Shown: positions 29,505 through 38,542 of the stretch, piece by piece | How the letters are laid out: each line of letters starts with the position of its first letter | How positions within the stretch are numbered: the stretch's first letter is position 1 | Assembly (NCBI RefSeq): GCF_947581735.1 | Contig: NZ_CANPVT010000002.1 | Coordinates: forward strand, 315,511-379,510 | Direction: 5' to 3' | DNA: 64,000 nucleotides | Source of the DNA: Candidatus Palauibacter soopunensis | Lineage (GTDB): Bacteria > Gemmatimonadota > Gemmatimonadetes > Palauibacterales > Palauibacteraceae | Position numbers and translations under genes: made by a program | The notes under the pieces: generated by a model | The model's input: the letters and a program-made list of their open reading frames with translations, nothing else | Database searches by the model: none | Told to the model about the DNA's origin: nothing

Positions 29505-30479
29505 ATGCCGGCGGCGTGGAGACCGGAACTGGAGGCCGGGATCGACGCCTGCTTCCGGGTGCGCTACGAACTCGCCGGACCCGAGGGCGCCCCGCTGCTC
29601 GTCGCGATGGGGGGGATCTCCGCCGACCGCCACGTCTGCGCCAACGCCCTGGACCCCGCGCCCGGCTGGTGGAGGAAGCTGGCGGGCCCGGGTCTGGCCA
29701 TCGACACGAACCGCTGGCGGCTGCTCGCGATCGACTTCCTCGGATCTCCCGGGACGTTCGAGTCGCCGGATCGGATCCATCTCACGCCCGGAGACCAGGC
29801 GGACGCCGTCGCGGTCGCGCTGCGCCACCTCGGTGTCGAACGGGCCCACCGCATGCTGGGCGCCTCCTACGGCGGCATGGTCGCGCTGGCGATGGGGATC
29901 CGCCATCCCGCCCGCCTCGACGGCGTCGTGCTGATCGGCGCGGCGCACCGCGGCCATCCCCAGGCCATCGGAATCCACGCGGTGCAGCGCTGGATCGTCG
30001 AGTTCGCGCTCCGGCACGGCCGGGGGAGCGAAGGCGTGGCGCTCGCCAGGGCGCTGGCGTTCACGACCTACAAGTCCGCGGAAGGGCTCGACGCCCGCTT
30101 CCCGCACGACTGGGAGTGGGAGGATGGCGCCCCGGTCTACGCCGTCGGCCGCTACCTGGAGAAACAGGGACGGGAGTTCGCGGAACGGTTCGAGGCGGAG
30201 ACCTATCTGACGCTGTCGGCTTCGGTCGACCTGTGCGACCTGCGTCCGGACGAACTCGGCGTCCCCGCCTGGCTCATCGGGTGGGAGGAGGACACGCTGG
30301 TCCCGCCCTGGCTGCTCCTGGAGACCGCAGGCCGGATCGGCGCGCCTTCTCGCCTGCGGATTCTGAACTCCGACGCGGGCCACGACGCCTTCCTGCTCCA
30401 CGCGCCCGACTACGAGGAAGCCCTGAGGGAGAGTCTCTTCGCGACGGAACCGCAGGCCCTCGCGGGCTCAGCCGGATGA
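29505..30479 (+). CDS. metX: Homoserine O-acetyltransferase (alpha/beta hydrolase).
   Basis: GASYGGMVA nucleophile elbow; MetX family. Start set at the ATG at 29505, downstream of the riboswitch; the track's 29379 start lies inside the aptamer. Confidence 0.85.
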   Translation: MPAAWRPELEAGIDACFRVRYELAGPEGAPLLVAMGGISADRHVCANALDPAPGWWRKLAGPGLAIDTNRWRLLAIDFLGSPGTFESPDRIHLTPGDQADAVAVALRHLGVERAHRMLGASYGGMVALAMGIRHPARLDGVVLIGAAHRGHPQAIGIHAVQRWIVEFALRHGRGSEGVALARALAFTTYKSAEGLDARFPHDWEWEDGAPVYAVGRYLEKQGREFAERFEAETYLTLSASVDLCDLRPDELGVPAWLIGWEEDTLVPPWLLLETAGRIGAPSRLRILNSDAGHDAFLLHAPDYEEALRESLFATEPQALAGSAG

Positions 30480-30488
30480 CTCGCGGGT

Positions 30489-32210
30489 TCAGCCGGGCGC
30501 CGCCGCCGCGACGGGAAGCCGCACGCACGAAGGATATGCGGCGGTGTGCAGGACCGTGTTCCGCGCCGTCCGCATGCGCGTGCCCGTCCCCACGTCCTCC
30601 CCCGTGTTGAGGTTGCGGCTGAAGCGGGGGAAGCAACTGCTCGTGATCTGAAGCCTGATCCGGTGGCCGGCCCGGAACACGTGGCTCATCGGATAGAGCC
30701 GGATCCGGAACTCGGTGGCTTCGTTCGGCTCCAGAAGCTCCGTCCGGTCCAACCCCCCTCGATATCGCGCGCGCAGGATCCCCTCTGTGAATACGAATGA
30801 TCCTCCCGCCGGATCGACGTCCGTCACCCGCGCCACGAAGTCCGTGTCGCGCGCCGAAGATTCAGCGTAGAGCACGACCTCGACCGGCCCCGTGACCTCG
30901 AGATCGTCCTCCAGAACCCGCGAGGTGTAGACGAGCACGTCGGGCCGCCGCTCGAGCGGCGCCTGCTCGACGGGGCCGCCCCGCATCGGCGTCTCGGCGT
31001 GGGTCGTGATCAGCCGGGAAGAGAGATTGCCCCCGAGTGAGGGCGCCGGATCGCGCGGATCGTACTCGAAGCGGTCCGGCGGCTCGTCCCCGGGAGGCTC
31101 CGGATCGAGCCGGGCGTCGTCGCCCCGGTTCGCGCGCCCGCGGCTGTGCAGATACCAGGGCACTTCCTCCGTCCCCGGCGGCGGCCACTCCGCGCCCTCC
31201 CGCCACCGGTTGGCGCCCGTCGTGAACCAGCGCAGCGGCGGGTCTTCGCCGATCCCGTCGTCCACGCCGCGAAGCTGCCAGTCGAACCAGCGCCGCTCCT
31301 CCTCCCGCACATCCACCCAGGCGTCCGGGCCGAAGTCGAGGTCCCCGACCGTCCTCGTCTCCGGGACCTCGTGCGACCAGGGCCCGAGCAGGCTCCGGCT
31401 CTGCGTGCGGGCGCGCGGGGTCGCCGCCCCCGACATCCCCTCGTGGATGCGAAGCAGGGACCCCGGATACGCGTCGTACCACCCGCCCTGCTGAAACACC
31501 GGCGCCGTGACGCGGTCGTATTGGTCCGTGACCCTGAGGCGCCGCCAGTACTCGTCCCGCGTCGGGTGTTCCAGCCACTCCCGCCAGTAGGGGATCTTCC
31601 GTCCGATCGCGCGCTCGTCCATCTCGATGAGCGGCAGATGGGCCCAGAACTTCGGGTTCTGAAACAGGCGCGCGGCCTGCGGGCCGGTCACGATGGCGAG
31701 GTTCGTCTCCCAGATCACGGCCGCTGCGAGCGAGAGGAGCAACTGGAAAGCCCCGCCCAGGTAGTGACAGTCGCCGAAGTGGTCGTCGCAGATCACGTGC
31801 GACGCCATGCAGGTGAGGTGCGGGCTGCCGAGCGGCGCGCTGAGCCACTGCGTGAGCCCGCCGTAGCTGCGCCCCCACATCCCGATCTTCCCGTCGCACC
31901 ACGCCTGCCCCGCCACCCACTCCAGCGTGTCGTGCCCGTCCTCGATCTCGGGGAGATACGCGTGGAACACGCCCTCGGACTGGAACCGGCCGCGACAGTC
32001 CTGGACCACGAACGCGTACCCGCGCTCGGCCCACCAGACGCCGTTGTCGATGAACACGTCCCGGCCGCTTTCGTACGGCGTCCGGGTCAGGATGGTGGGG
32101 AAGGGACCTCCGGAAGCGGGCAGATAGACATCCGCCGAAAGCCGCACCCCGTCCCGCATCCGCCCCCGCACCCCATGCAGCAGCCGCACCTCCCGCGGGG
32201 ATTCGGGCAC
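30489..32210 (-). CDS. CocE/NonD family hydrolase (S15 X-Pro dipeptidyl-peptidase-like).
   Basis: GRSYGG nucleophile elbow; CocE/NonD C-terminal beta-sandwich domain; GTG start. Confidence 0.8.
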   Translation of the reverse strand: MPESPREVRLLHGVRGRMRDGVRLSADVYLPASGGPFPTILTRTPYESGRDVFIDNGVWWAERGYAFVVQDCRGRFQSEGVFHAYLPEIEDGHDTLEWVAGQAWCDGKIGMWGRSYGGLTQWLSAPLGSPHLTCMASHVICDDHFGDCHYLGGAFQLLLSLAAAVIWETNLAIVTGPQAARLFQNPKFWAHLPLIEMDERAIGRKIPYWREWLEHPTRDEYWRRLRVTDQYDRVTAPVFQQGGWYDAYPGSLLRIHEGMSGAATPRARTQSRSLLGPWSHEVPETRTVGDLDFGPDAWVDVREEERRWFDWQLRGVDDGIGEDPPLRWFTTGANRWREGAEWPPPGTEEVPWYLHSRGRANRGDDARLDPEPPGDEPPDRFEYDPRDPAPSLGGNLSSRLITTHAETPMRGGPVEQAPLERRPDVLVYTSRVLEDDLEVTGPVEVVLYAESSARDTDFVARVTDVDPAGGSFVFTEGILRARYRGGLDRTELLEPNEATEFRIRLYPMSHVFRAGHRIRLQITSSCFPRFSRNLNTGEDVGTGTRMRTARNTVLHTAAYPSCVRLPVAAAAPG

Positions 32211-32211
32211 G

Positions 32212-32781
32212 CTAGGTCGGGATGGCGGCGAGGACCTCGGACGGTTCGGCGCGCGCCGTGTAGTCGGGGTCGGCGGAGGCGTAGACGATGGTTCCGTCGC
32301 GGTCGATGACGAAGGTGGACGTGAGCGGGAGTTCCCAGGACTCGTCGCCGTTGAAGCGGGCGAGGTCGATGCCGAGCCCGTCGCGGTACAGGGTGCGCAG
32401 CTCTCCGTCGACGGTGAACGTCAGGCCGTAGTCGCGCGCCACGCCGAGCCCGAAGTCGAGGAGGACGTCGAACTCGATGCCGTCTTCCTCGATCCAGCCG
32501 CGGGCGAACTCCGGGAGCTGCGGGGAGAGCGTGACGAGACGGCCCCCCTTCGCCCTGATCTCTGGGAGAACCGATTGAAGAGCAGCCTGCTCCTCGCGGC
32601 AGTACGGTCACCAGCGGCCCCGGAAGAAGCTGAGCACCACGGGCCCCCGCTTGAGGAGCGTCGCGAGCCGGACCGTGGGGCCGGCCACGCTCGGGCGGGC
32701 GAAGAGCGGCGCCCGGTCGCCCACGCCCGGGACTCGGTCGAGGATGCCGGAACTCCGCAGCGCCTCCGTGCCCGCGGCCAT
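32212..32781 (-). CDS. Peroxiredoxin-like (AhpC/TSA / redoxin, thioredoxin fold) putative selenoprotein: in-frame TGA (32608-32610) at the catalytic Cys position, giving W-U-P-Y-C.
   Basis: Single reading frame: …GPVVLSFFRGRW-TGA-PYCREEQAALQSVLPEIRAKGGRLVTLSPQLPEFARGWIEEDGIEFDVLLDFGLGVARDYGLTFTVDGELRTLY…TSTFVIDRDGTIVYASADPDY. The track's two fragments (32608..33237 and 32212..32442) share a frame; the only interruption is the TGA. Confidence 0.6.
32577..32607 (-). promoter_or_regulatory. Candidate bacterial SECIS-like hairpin starting 12 nt downstream of the in-frame UGA.
   Basis: mRNA: UGA CCGUACUGCCGC GAGGAGCA-GGC-UGCUCUUC. An 8-bp stem (one G·U) with a GG-containing apical loop; the loop G sits ~21 nt from the UGA. 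Confidence 0.4.
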
Positions 32782-32902
32782 GACCTCCGTCGCGGCGGCG
32801 GGACGCGCGGCCTCCTTCTCTGCGCGGATCCCGGCGAGTCGCCGGTTGAGCGGCCCGCTCACCGCGGTGCTCCCCTGAGTCCTCCCGTGGCTCGCCGACG
32901 CA

Positions 32903-34501
32903 TCACGGCGTGCCGGCGCGCAGGCGCCGCTCCCAGAAGTCGAGTTGGGCCGTGCGGAGTTCGCTTCCCGCCTCGACCGTCGGCCCCAGCACGAGATGGG
33001 CCTCGGAGTCGCGCGTGTAGGCCGGCCACGGCGGCAGCCCGGGACCGTTCGGATCGCCGTTCGCGGCGAAGTTGACCCAGTAGGAGGACATCGTCTCCGC
33101 CAACCGGCGGTCCACCGCTTCCCGTTCGCCTGGACCGACGTTGCCGAAGGCGTACACGATCTCGGCCGCGTGGTACGACTTGAGATAGTCCTTCGCGGGC
33201 CCCGGCGGCTCGTGCGTGAAGTAGTAGAGCCACGCATCCGCGCCGGCGGCTTCCGACGCCCGCGCCCACGTCCGCATCTGGATGCCGAACAGGGCGTCGC
33301 CCCGGCTTCGCATGAAGGCGTCGAAGATCTCGCCCTCCTCCTTCACGGGGTAGGCGGCGTCGAAGCTCTCCGCATCGTCGCCGACACGGCCCGCGACCCA
33401 CTCGCGCCACGCGTCGAGCGTCTCCGGCACGGATCTCGGGGACGAGAGGGAGGTCATCTCATCGGCGTTGAACCCGACGAGCACCGGGACGTTGTTGTGT
33501 GCGCCCCCGGCGAACGCCGTCGTCACGTCCGTCGGCAGCACCCAGCCGTCCACGTTCTCCGCCGTCCTGAAGCCGCGCCCGGCCGGCGTCTCGAGCCCCG
33601 CCATCACGCTCGCGGCGGAGAGCCGCCGCATGTCCTCCAGCGTCTCCGCCCCGAGCGCCCCGAAGAACGCCGCGCCGATCTCCTCCGCGGAGCGTCCGCC
33701 CTCCGGCGCCTCCGAAAGGCGCATCATGGGCCCGAACCGCCCCCCGCTCTGCCCGATGGCGCGGTGGAAGAGTCCCGCCGCCAGCGGCGTCGCCATCAGC
33801 GTGTTCACGCTCCACGAGCCGGCCGACTCGCCGAAAATCGTCACGCGGTCCGGGTCGCCGCCGAAGCTCGCGATGTTGTCGCGCACCCACTCGAGCGCGG
33901 CGACCTGGTCGAGGACCCCGTAGTTGCCGGACGATCTGTGTTCGGATTCGGCCGTGAGGAGCGGGTGCGAGAGGTAGCCGAACGGTCCGAGCCGGTAGTT
34001 GATCGTGACCACGACCGCGCCCTTCTCCGCCAGTGCCGTCCCGTCGTAGATGCCGGTGGAGCCGGACCCCCGCGTGAGCGCGCCCCCGTGGATCCAGACC
34101 ATGACCGGCCGCCGCTCCGAGGCGTCGGCGGCTCCGGTCCAGACGTTCAAGTACAGGCAATCCTCCGCCGTCGGGGCGGGGGGACCTCCGAAGAACGAGC
34201 CCGCGCCGTAGGGGGTCTGCATGCACTCCGGCCCGAAGCTCTGCGCGCGCAGCGTCCGCCGCCCCCACGCTTCGACCGGCTGGGGCGGCTTCCAGCGCCG
34301 GTCCCCCACGGGCGGCGCCGCGAAGGGAATCCCCTTGTAGGAGCGAATCCCGTCGACGAGGAGGCCGTCGACGTTCCCGCTGGCGGTCTCGACGCGGGTC
34401 TGCTGCGCGAGCAGCGGCGCCCTGAAGCCACCGACGGCCAGGGCGACGAGCAGGACGCGGGCCAAAGTGCGAACCGGATGAGCGCGAGAGTCACGACGCA
34501 T
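32903..34501 (-). CDS. Carboxylesterase type B (para-nitrobenzyl esterase-like), secreted.
   Basis: GESAGS active-site Ser; cholinesterase-family N-terminal Cys region. Start set at the internal ATG at 34501; the track's 872-aa ORF extends spuriously upstream. Confidence 0.85.
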   Translation of the reverse strand: MRRDSRAHPVRTLARVLLVALAVGGFRAPLLAQQTRVETASGNVDGLLVDGIRSYKGIPFAAPPVGDRRWKPPQPVEAWGRRTLRAQSFGPECMQTPYGAGSFFGGPPAPTAEDCLYLNVWTGAADASERRPVMVWIHGGALTRGSGSTGIYDGTALAEKGAVVVTINYRLGPFGYLSHPLLTAESEHRSSGNYGVLDQVAALEWVRDNIASFGGDPDRVTIFGESAGSWSVNTLMATPLAAGLFHRAIGQSGGRFGPMMRLSEAPEGGRSAEEIGAAFFGALGAETLEDMRRLSAASVMAGLETPAGRGFRTAENVDGWVLPTDVTTAFAGGAHNNVPVLVGFNADEMTSLSSPRSVPETLDAWREWVAGRVGDDAESFDAAYPVKEEGEIFDAFMRSRGDALFGIQMRTWARASEAAGADAWLYYFTHEPPGPAKDYLKSYHAAEIVYAFGNVGPGEREAVDRRLAETMSSYWVNFAANGDPNGPGLPPWPAYTRDSEAHLVLGPTVEAGSELRTAQLDFWERRLRAGTP

Positions 34502-34515
34502 GCGAGGCTCCGGAA

Positions 34516-34857
34516 TCAGGAGGGAGGCGAGGGGCTGGCCGGGGGCGGCATCTCCCCGTTCCAGCGGAAACGCTTGAGCGAGATGCGTCCCCACTTGTCG
34601 AATTCCACCCCTTCGTTGGCCAGCAACTGGTACTGGATCATCTCGGAGTACGAGTCGCCGCGGGGGCTGATCTCGCCGCGCGCGTTGATCACCCGGTGCC
34701 AGGGCAGCGGCCGGTCGGAGGCATAGAGCGCGTAACCCACGAGACGGGCCTGTCCGCCGAGTCCGGCGAGCTGCGCGACCTGCCCGTAGGTGGCGACGCG
34801 ACCGGCGGGAATCCGGGCGACGACGTTGCAGATGCGCTCGTGGAGGTCCGAAGCCAT
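34516..34857 (-). CDS. Alkyltransferase-like (ATL) protein: MGMT-family DNA-binding domain with Trp replacing the acceptor Cys.
   Basis: PWHRVIN in place of PCHRV; ~113 aa. Confidence 0.75.
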   Translation of the reverse strand: MASDLHERICNVVARIPAGRVATYGQVAQLAGLGGQARLVGYALYASDRPLPWHRVINARGEISPRGDSYSEMIQYQLLANEGVEFDKWGRISLKRFRWNGEMPPPASPSPPS

Positions 34858-34942
34858 GGTGGTCGTCACTCGCTACGTGGCCGGGGGTCGTGTCATCTTC
34901 GAGAACAGTTTCGAACGCGTGAATCTTGGGGAGTGGGAACCG

Positions 34943-36862
34943 ATGGACAATTCTCGGCCGGGCCGCGTCTTCGCATTGGCCGTAGCGCTCGCCGCCTGTT
35001 CCGGAGGCGGAGACGCGCCCGCGACGCGGGTCGCCGACGGCGGAAGCATGCCGGAAGGATCCGCCGCCCTCGACCGCTTCGCGCAGGACCCGGACGATCC
35101 CTCCGCGGCCCCCGAACCGACGTTCGAGGTGCGGGTCGAGACGGACCTCATGGTCCCGATGCGGGATGGGGTTCGCCTCGCGACGGACCTCTATCTGCCG
35201 GTCGAGTCCGCCGACCGCGGCGACCGCCTGCCCGTCGTCATGATCCGGCTGCCGTACGACAAGGCGTCCTATCGGGCCGGCGCGATCTCTCCGGCGCGGT
35301 TCTTCGCGGGACACGGATACGCCGTCGTCGTCCAGGACGTGCGCGGCAAGTACGCGTCGGAAGGGGACTATCTCCTGTCCGCGGCGGACCGCGAGGACGG
35401 TTACGACGCCGTCGAGTGGGCCTCGACCCAGCCCTGGTCGAACGGGAAGGTCGGAACCTTCGGCTGCTCCTACCTCGGGGAGAACCAGACGCAACTCATG
35501 GCGCAGCGCCACCCGGCGCACGCCGCCGCCATCCCGCTCGCGGCCGGCGGGGCGGTCGGCTCGGCCGGCGGACGGTACGGCTACTTCGGCATCTTCGAGG
35601 GAGGCGCCTTCGGGCTCTCCGCGAGCTTCGGCTGGTTCCGCGGCAACGGCCGGAAGCGGCCGGGGGGCGAGCCGCCGCCGCAGGTCGAGATGTTCGCCGC
35701 GCTCCGCGAGCTACCCACCGTCGACCTCATGCGGAAGTACGGCCCGCCCGACCGGGACACGGACTGGGAAGAGGTCATGAGCACGCCGCTCGCCGACGAA
35801 TGGTGGGACGGACTCGGATACCTGAGCGACGCCGACCGGTTCGACACGCCGGCGCTCCACGTGAACTCGTGGTACGACCTCGGCGCCAACGAGACGCTCC
35901 AGCAGTGGCGGATGATGCAGGACAACGCGGTGAGCGACCGCGGCGGCGCGCACCAGTACGCCATCCTCTCTCCCACCAGCCACTGCATGTCCGAGCGCGC
36001 CACGGAAAACACCGTGGTCGGGGACGTCGACTTCGGCGACGCCCGCCTGCCGTACCGTTCCCTCTATCTCGCCTGGTTCGACCACTGGCTGAAGGGCGTG
36101 GACAACGGGGTCACCGACATCCCCCGGGTCCACTACTACGTGATGGGCCGGAACGAATGGGCGTCCGCCGACACCTGGCCGCCCCCCGGGGCCGAGATGA
36201 CCCGCCTCTATCTCCGCAGCGAGGGCAACGCGAACACGCGGCTCGGCGACGGCGTCCTGTCCACGGAGGCCCCCGGCGAGGAACCCGCGGACCGGTTCGT
36301 CTACGACCCCGCGGACCCCGTCCCCTCCCGCGGCGGATCCGTCTGCTGCACCGGGAACCCGGATGACCAGCCCGGCGCGTTCGACCAGTCGGACATCGAG
36401 GAACGCGAGGACGTCCTCGTGTACACCGGCGATCCGGTCGGCGACGGCGGCCTCGAGATCGCGGGCCCGCTCGAGGCGCGGCTCTACGTGAGTTCGAGCG
36501 CCCCGGACACCGACTTCACCGTGAAGCTCCTCGACGTGCATCCCGACGGACGGGCCATCAACATCGTCGAGGGCATCATGCGGGCGCGCTACCGGGACGG
36601 ATACGAGGAACCCGCGATGATGGAGGAGGGACAGGTCTATCCCGTCCGGGTGGACCTCCATTCCGTGGCGCACCGGTTCGCGCCCGGCCACCGCGTGCGG
36701 ATCGAGGTCTCGAGTTCCAACTTCCCCCGCTTCGACCGCAACCTGAACACGGGCGGCAACAACTATGACGAGACGGAATGGGAGGTCGCGGAAAACGTGA
36801 TCCACCACGCCGGAGACCGGGCATCGCACATCGTCCTGCCCGTCATGGAGAGGGACGGATGA
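34943..36862 (+). CDS. CocE/NonD family hydrolase (S15 peptidase-like), lipoprotein; paralog of 30489..32210.
   Basis: Lipobox ALAVALAACSGG; GCSYLG nucleophile elbow. Start set at the ATG at 34943. Confidence 0.8.
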   Translation: MDNSRPGRVFALAVALAACSGGGDAPATRVADGGSMPEGSAALDRFAQDPDDPSAAPEPTFEVRVETDLMVPMRDGVRLATDLYLPVESADRGDRLPVVMIRLPYDKASYRAGAISPARFFAGHGYAVVVQDVRGKYASEGDYLLSAADREDGYDAVEWASTQPWSNGKVGTFGCSYLGENQTQLMAQRHPAHAAAIPLAAGGAVGSAGGRYGYFGIFEGGAFGLSASFGWFRGNGRKRPGGEPPPQVEMFAALRELPTVDLMRKYGPPDRDTDWEEVMSTPLADEWWDGLGYLSDADRFDTPALHVNSWYDLGANETLQQWRMMQDNAVSDRGGAHQYAILSPTSHCMSERATENTVVGDVDFGDARLPYRSLYLAWFDHWLKGVDNGVTDIPRVHYYVMGRNEWASADTWPPPGAEMTRLYLRSEGNANTRLGDGVLSTEAPGEEPADRFVYDPADPVPSRGGSVCCTGNPDDQPGAFDQSDIEEREDVLVYTGDPVGDGGLEIAGPLEARLYVSSSAPDTDFTVKLLDVHPDGRAINIVEGIMRARYRDGYEEPAMMEEGQVYPVRVDLHSVAHRFAPGHRVRIEVSSSNFPRFDRNLNTGGNNYDETEWEVAENVIHHAGDRASHIVLPVMERDG

Positions 36863-37323
36863 CCGACTCCGGATCGCCCCCGGGCTACCGTCCCAACCTC
36901 GACGAGGCGGTCGAGACGTGGTCGAGCATGAACGACGCCTCGATCCTGCGCAGCGTCGCCGCCGTCATCCTGGGGTTCGTGGTGCTGACGCTGGGCTCGG
37001 TGCTCGCCGGCCGGCTGATGCTGTCGCTGTTCGGCGTCGAACCGGAGATGGCTCCGGGCGCCGCGTTCATCTTCACGAGCCTGGGCGTGCGCCTCGCGGT
37101 CACCGTTCTGGCGGGCTTCCTCGCGGCCCTCGCCGCCCCGCGCGCGCCGCGGCTCCATGCGGTTGTCCTGGCGGCGATTCTCGTCTTCTTCAGCCTCGCC
37201 TCGCTCGCCGGCCTCTCGGCGTCCGGCGACCCGTACGGGCCCGCATGGTACCCCATCGTGATGCTCGTCATCGGCCCCGTCGGCGTCCTCATCGGCGGTG
37301 CCCTCCGAGCCGGACGACGCTGA
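36859..37323 (+). CDS. Small hydrophobic membrane protein (hypothetical).
   Basis: ATGA overlap with the upstream gene; 3-4 TM segments. Confidence 0.4.
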   Translation: MTDSGSPPGYRPNLDEAVETWSSMNDASILRSVAAVILGFVVLTLGSVLAGRLMLSLFGVEPEMAPGAAFIFTSLGVRLAVTVLAGFLAALAAPRAPRLHAVVLAAILVFFSLASLAGLSASGDPYGPAWYPIVMLVIGPVGVLIGGALRAGRR

Positions 37324-37348
37324 TCCGGTGCCCCCGGAAAGGTCGGAA

Positions 37349-38476
37349 ATGCGAATCGAAACGCTGGCGGTGAAGACGGGCATGGACCCGGACGCGACGA
37401 GTCGGGCGATCGCGCCCCCGATCACGCTCTCGACCACCTTCGAGCGCGGGGAGGACGGGTCGTACCCCGGCGGGTTCGACTACTCCCGCAGCGGGAATCC
37501 GAACCGGGCCTTGCTGGAGGCGGCGCTCGCCGCGCTGGAGGGCGGGCCGGAAGCCGTCGCGTTCCCCTCGGGGATGGCGGCGACGTTCGCCGTCATCTTC
37601 TCGCTCGCGCCGGGGGATCACGTCGTCGCCGCGGACGACGCGTACTACGGGACCGGCGTTCTCCTGCGGGACTCGTTCGCCGAGCGCGGCATCGAGGCGA
37701 GCTTCGTCGACATGACCGACCTCGACGCCGTCCGCGCCGCCATGCGGCCGAACACCCGCCTCGTGTGGATGGAGACGCCGTCGAACCCGCTCATCCGCAT
37801 CTCCGACATCGAGGCGCTCGCCGGCATCGCCCGGGAGGGCGGGGCGATCTCGTGCTGCGACAACACGTGGGCGACGCCGCTCCTGCAGCGGCCGCTGGAT
37901 TTCGGCGTGGATCTCGTCATGCACTCCACGACCAAGTACTTCGGCGGCCACAGCGACGTGACCGGCGGCGCGGTCATCGTGCGCGAGCCGGGCGGGACGC
38001 TCGATGCACTGCGGAAGATCCAGAAGGACGGCGGCCTCGTGCCGTCGCCCTTCGACGCCTGGCTCACGAGGCGCGGCCTGGAGTCGCTCGCCGCGCGCAT
38101 GGCCCTGCACTGCGCCAACGCCATGGAGCTTGCCCGCTTCCTCGACGCCCACCCGCGCGTCGAGCGGGTCCACTATCCGGGCCTGGAGAACGATGCCGGG
38201 CACGCCCTCGCCGCGCGTCAGATGTCCGGCTTCGGCGGCATGCTGTCCTTCGACGTCGCGGGCGGCCAGGAAGAGGCGTTCGCGGTCGCGGCCCACGTGA
38301 AGGTCATCGCCCGCGCCACGAGTCTCGGGGGGACCCACTCCCTCATCGAGCACCGGGCGTCCGTCGAAGGTCCGACGACCCGAGCTCCGGAGAACCTGCT
38401 CCGCATGTCCGTCGGCCTCGAACACATCGACGATCTGAAGGAGGATCTGGACCGGGCCCTCTCCGCCGCCTCCTGA
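37349..38476 (+). CDS. metB: Cystathionine gamma-synthase / gamma-lyase family PLP enzyme (trans-sulfuration).
   Basis: Cys/Met-metabolism PLP family; HSTTKYFGGHSD PLP-lysine motif. Confidence 0.8.
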   Translation: MRIETLAVKTGMDPDATSRAIAPPITLSTTFERGEDGSYPGGFDYSRSGNPNRALLEAALAALEGGPEAVAFPSGMAATFAVIFSLAPGDHVVAADDAYYGTGVLLRDSFAERGIEASFVDMTDLDAVRAAMRPNTRLVWMETPSNPLIRISDIEALAGIAREGGAISCCDNTWATPLLQRPLDFGVDLVMHSTTKYFGGHSDVTGGAVIVREPGGTLDALRKIQKDGGLVPSPFDAWLTRRGLESLAARMALHCANAMELARFLDAHPRVERVHYPGLENDAGHALAARQMSGFGGMLSFDVAGGQEEAFAVAAHVKVIARATSLGGTHSLIEHRASVEGPTTRAPENLLRMSVGLEHIDDLKEDLDRALSAAS

Positions 38477-38542
38477 GCTCCTCGCCCAACGGGCTCGGCG
38501 GCCGTGCCCCGCAGCCGCCCGAAGCGTTCCCGCGGGAACGTT

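Noticed and set aside
32608-32610. Interpreting the in-frame TGA in the Prx-like gene as a simple pseudogene or sequencing error.
   Set aside because: Not fully rejected. It was down-weighted because the stop falls exactly on the catalytic Cys codon, the downstream frame stays open with conserved sequence for 131 codons, and a SECIS-like hairpin follows at the expected distance. It still needs the genome-wide sel gene check.
32608-33237. N-terminal extension (MRGSTTSRTSRRG…) of the Prx-like ORF to 33237.
   Set aside because: The low-complexity sequence overlaps the 3' end of the carboxylesterase gene. The ATG at 32781 gives a typical redoxin N-terminus (GDRAPLFARPSVAGPTVRLATLLK).
34502-35521. 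Upstream 340 codons of the 872-aa ORF containing the carboxylesterase.
   Set aside because: The recognisable esterase begins at the ATG at 34501 with its own signal peptide. The upstream part overlaps the ATL gene and the start of the second CocE/NonD gene.
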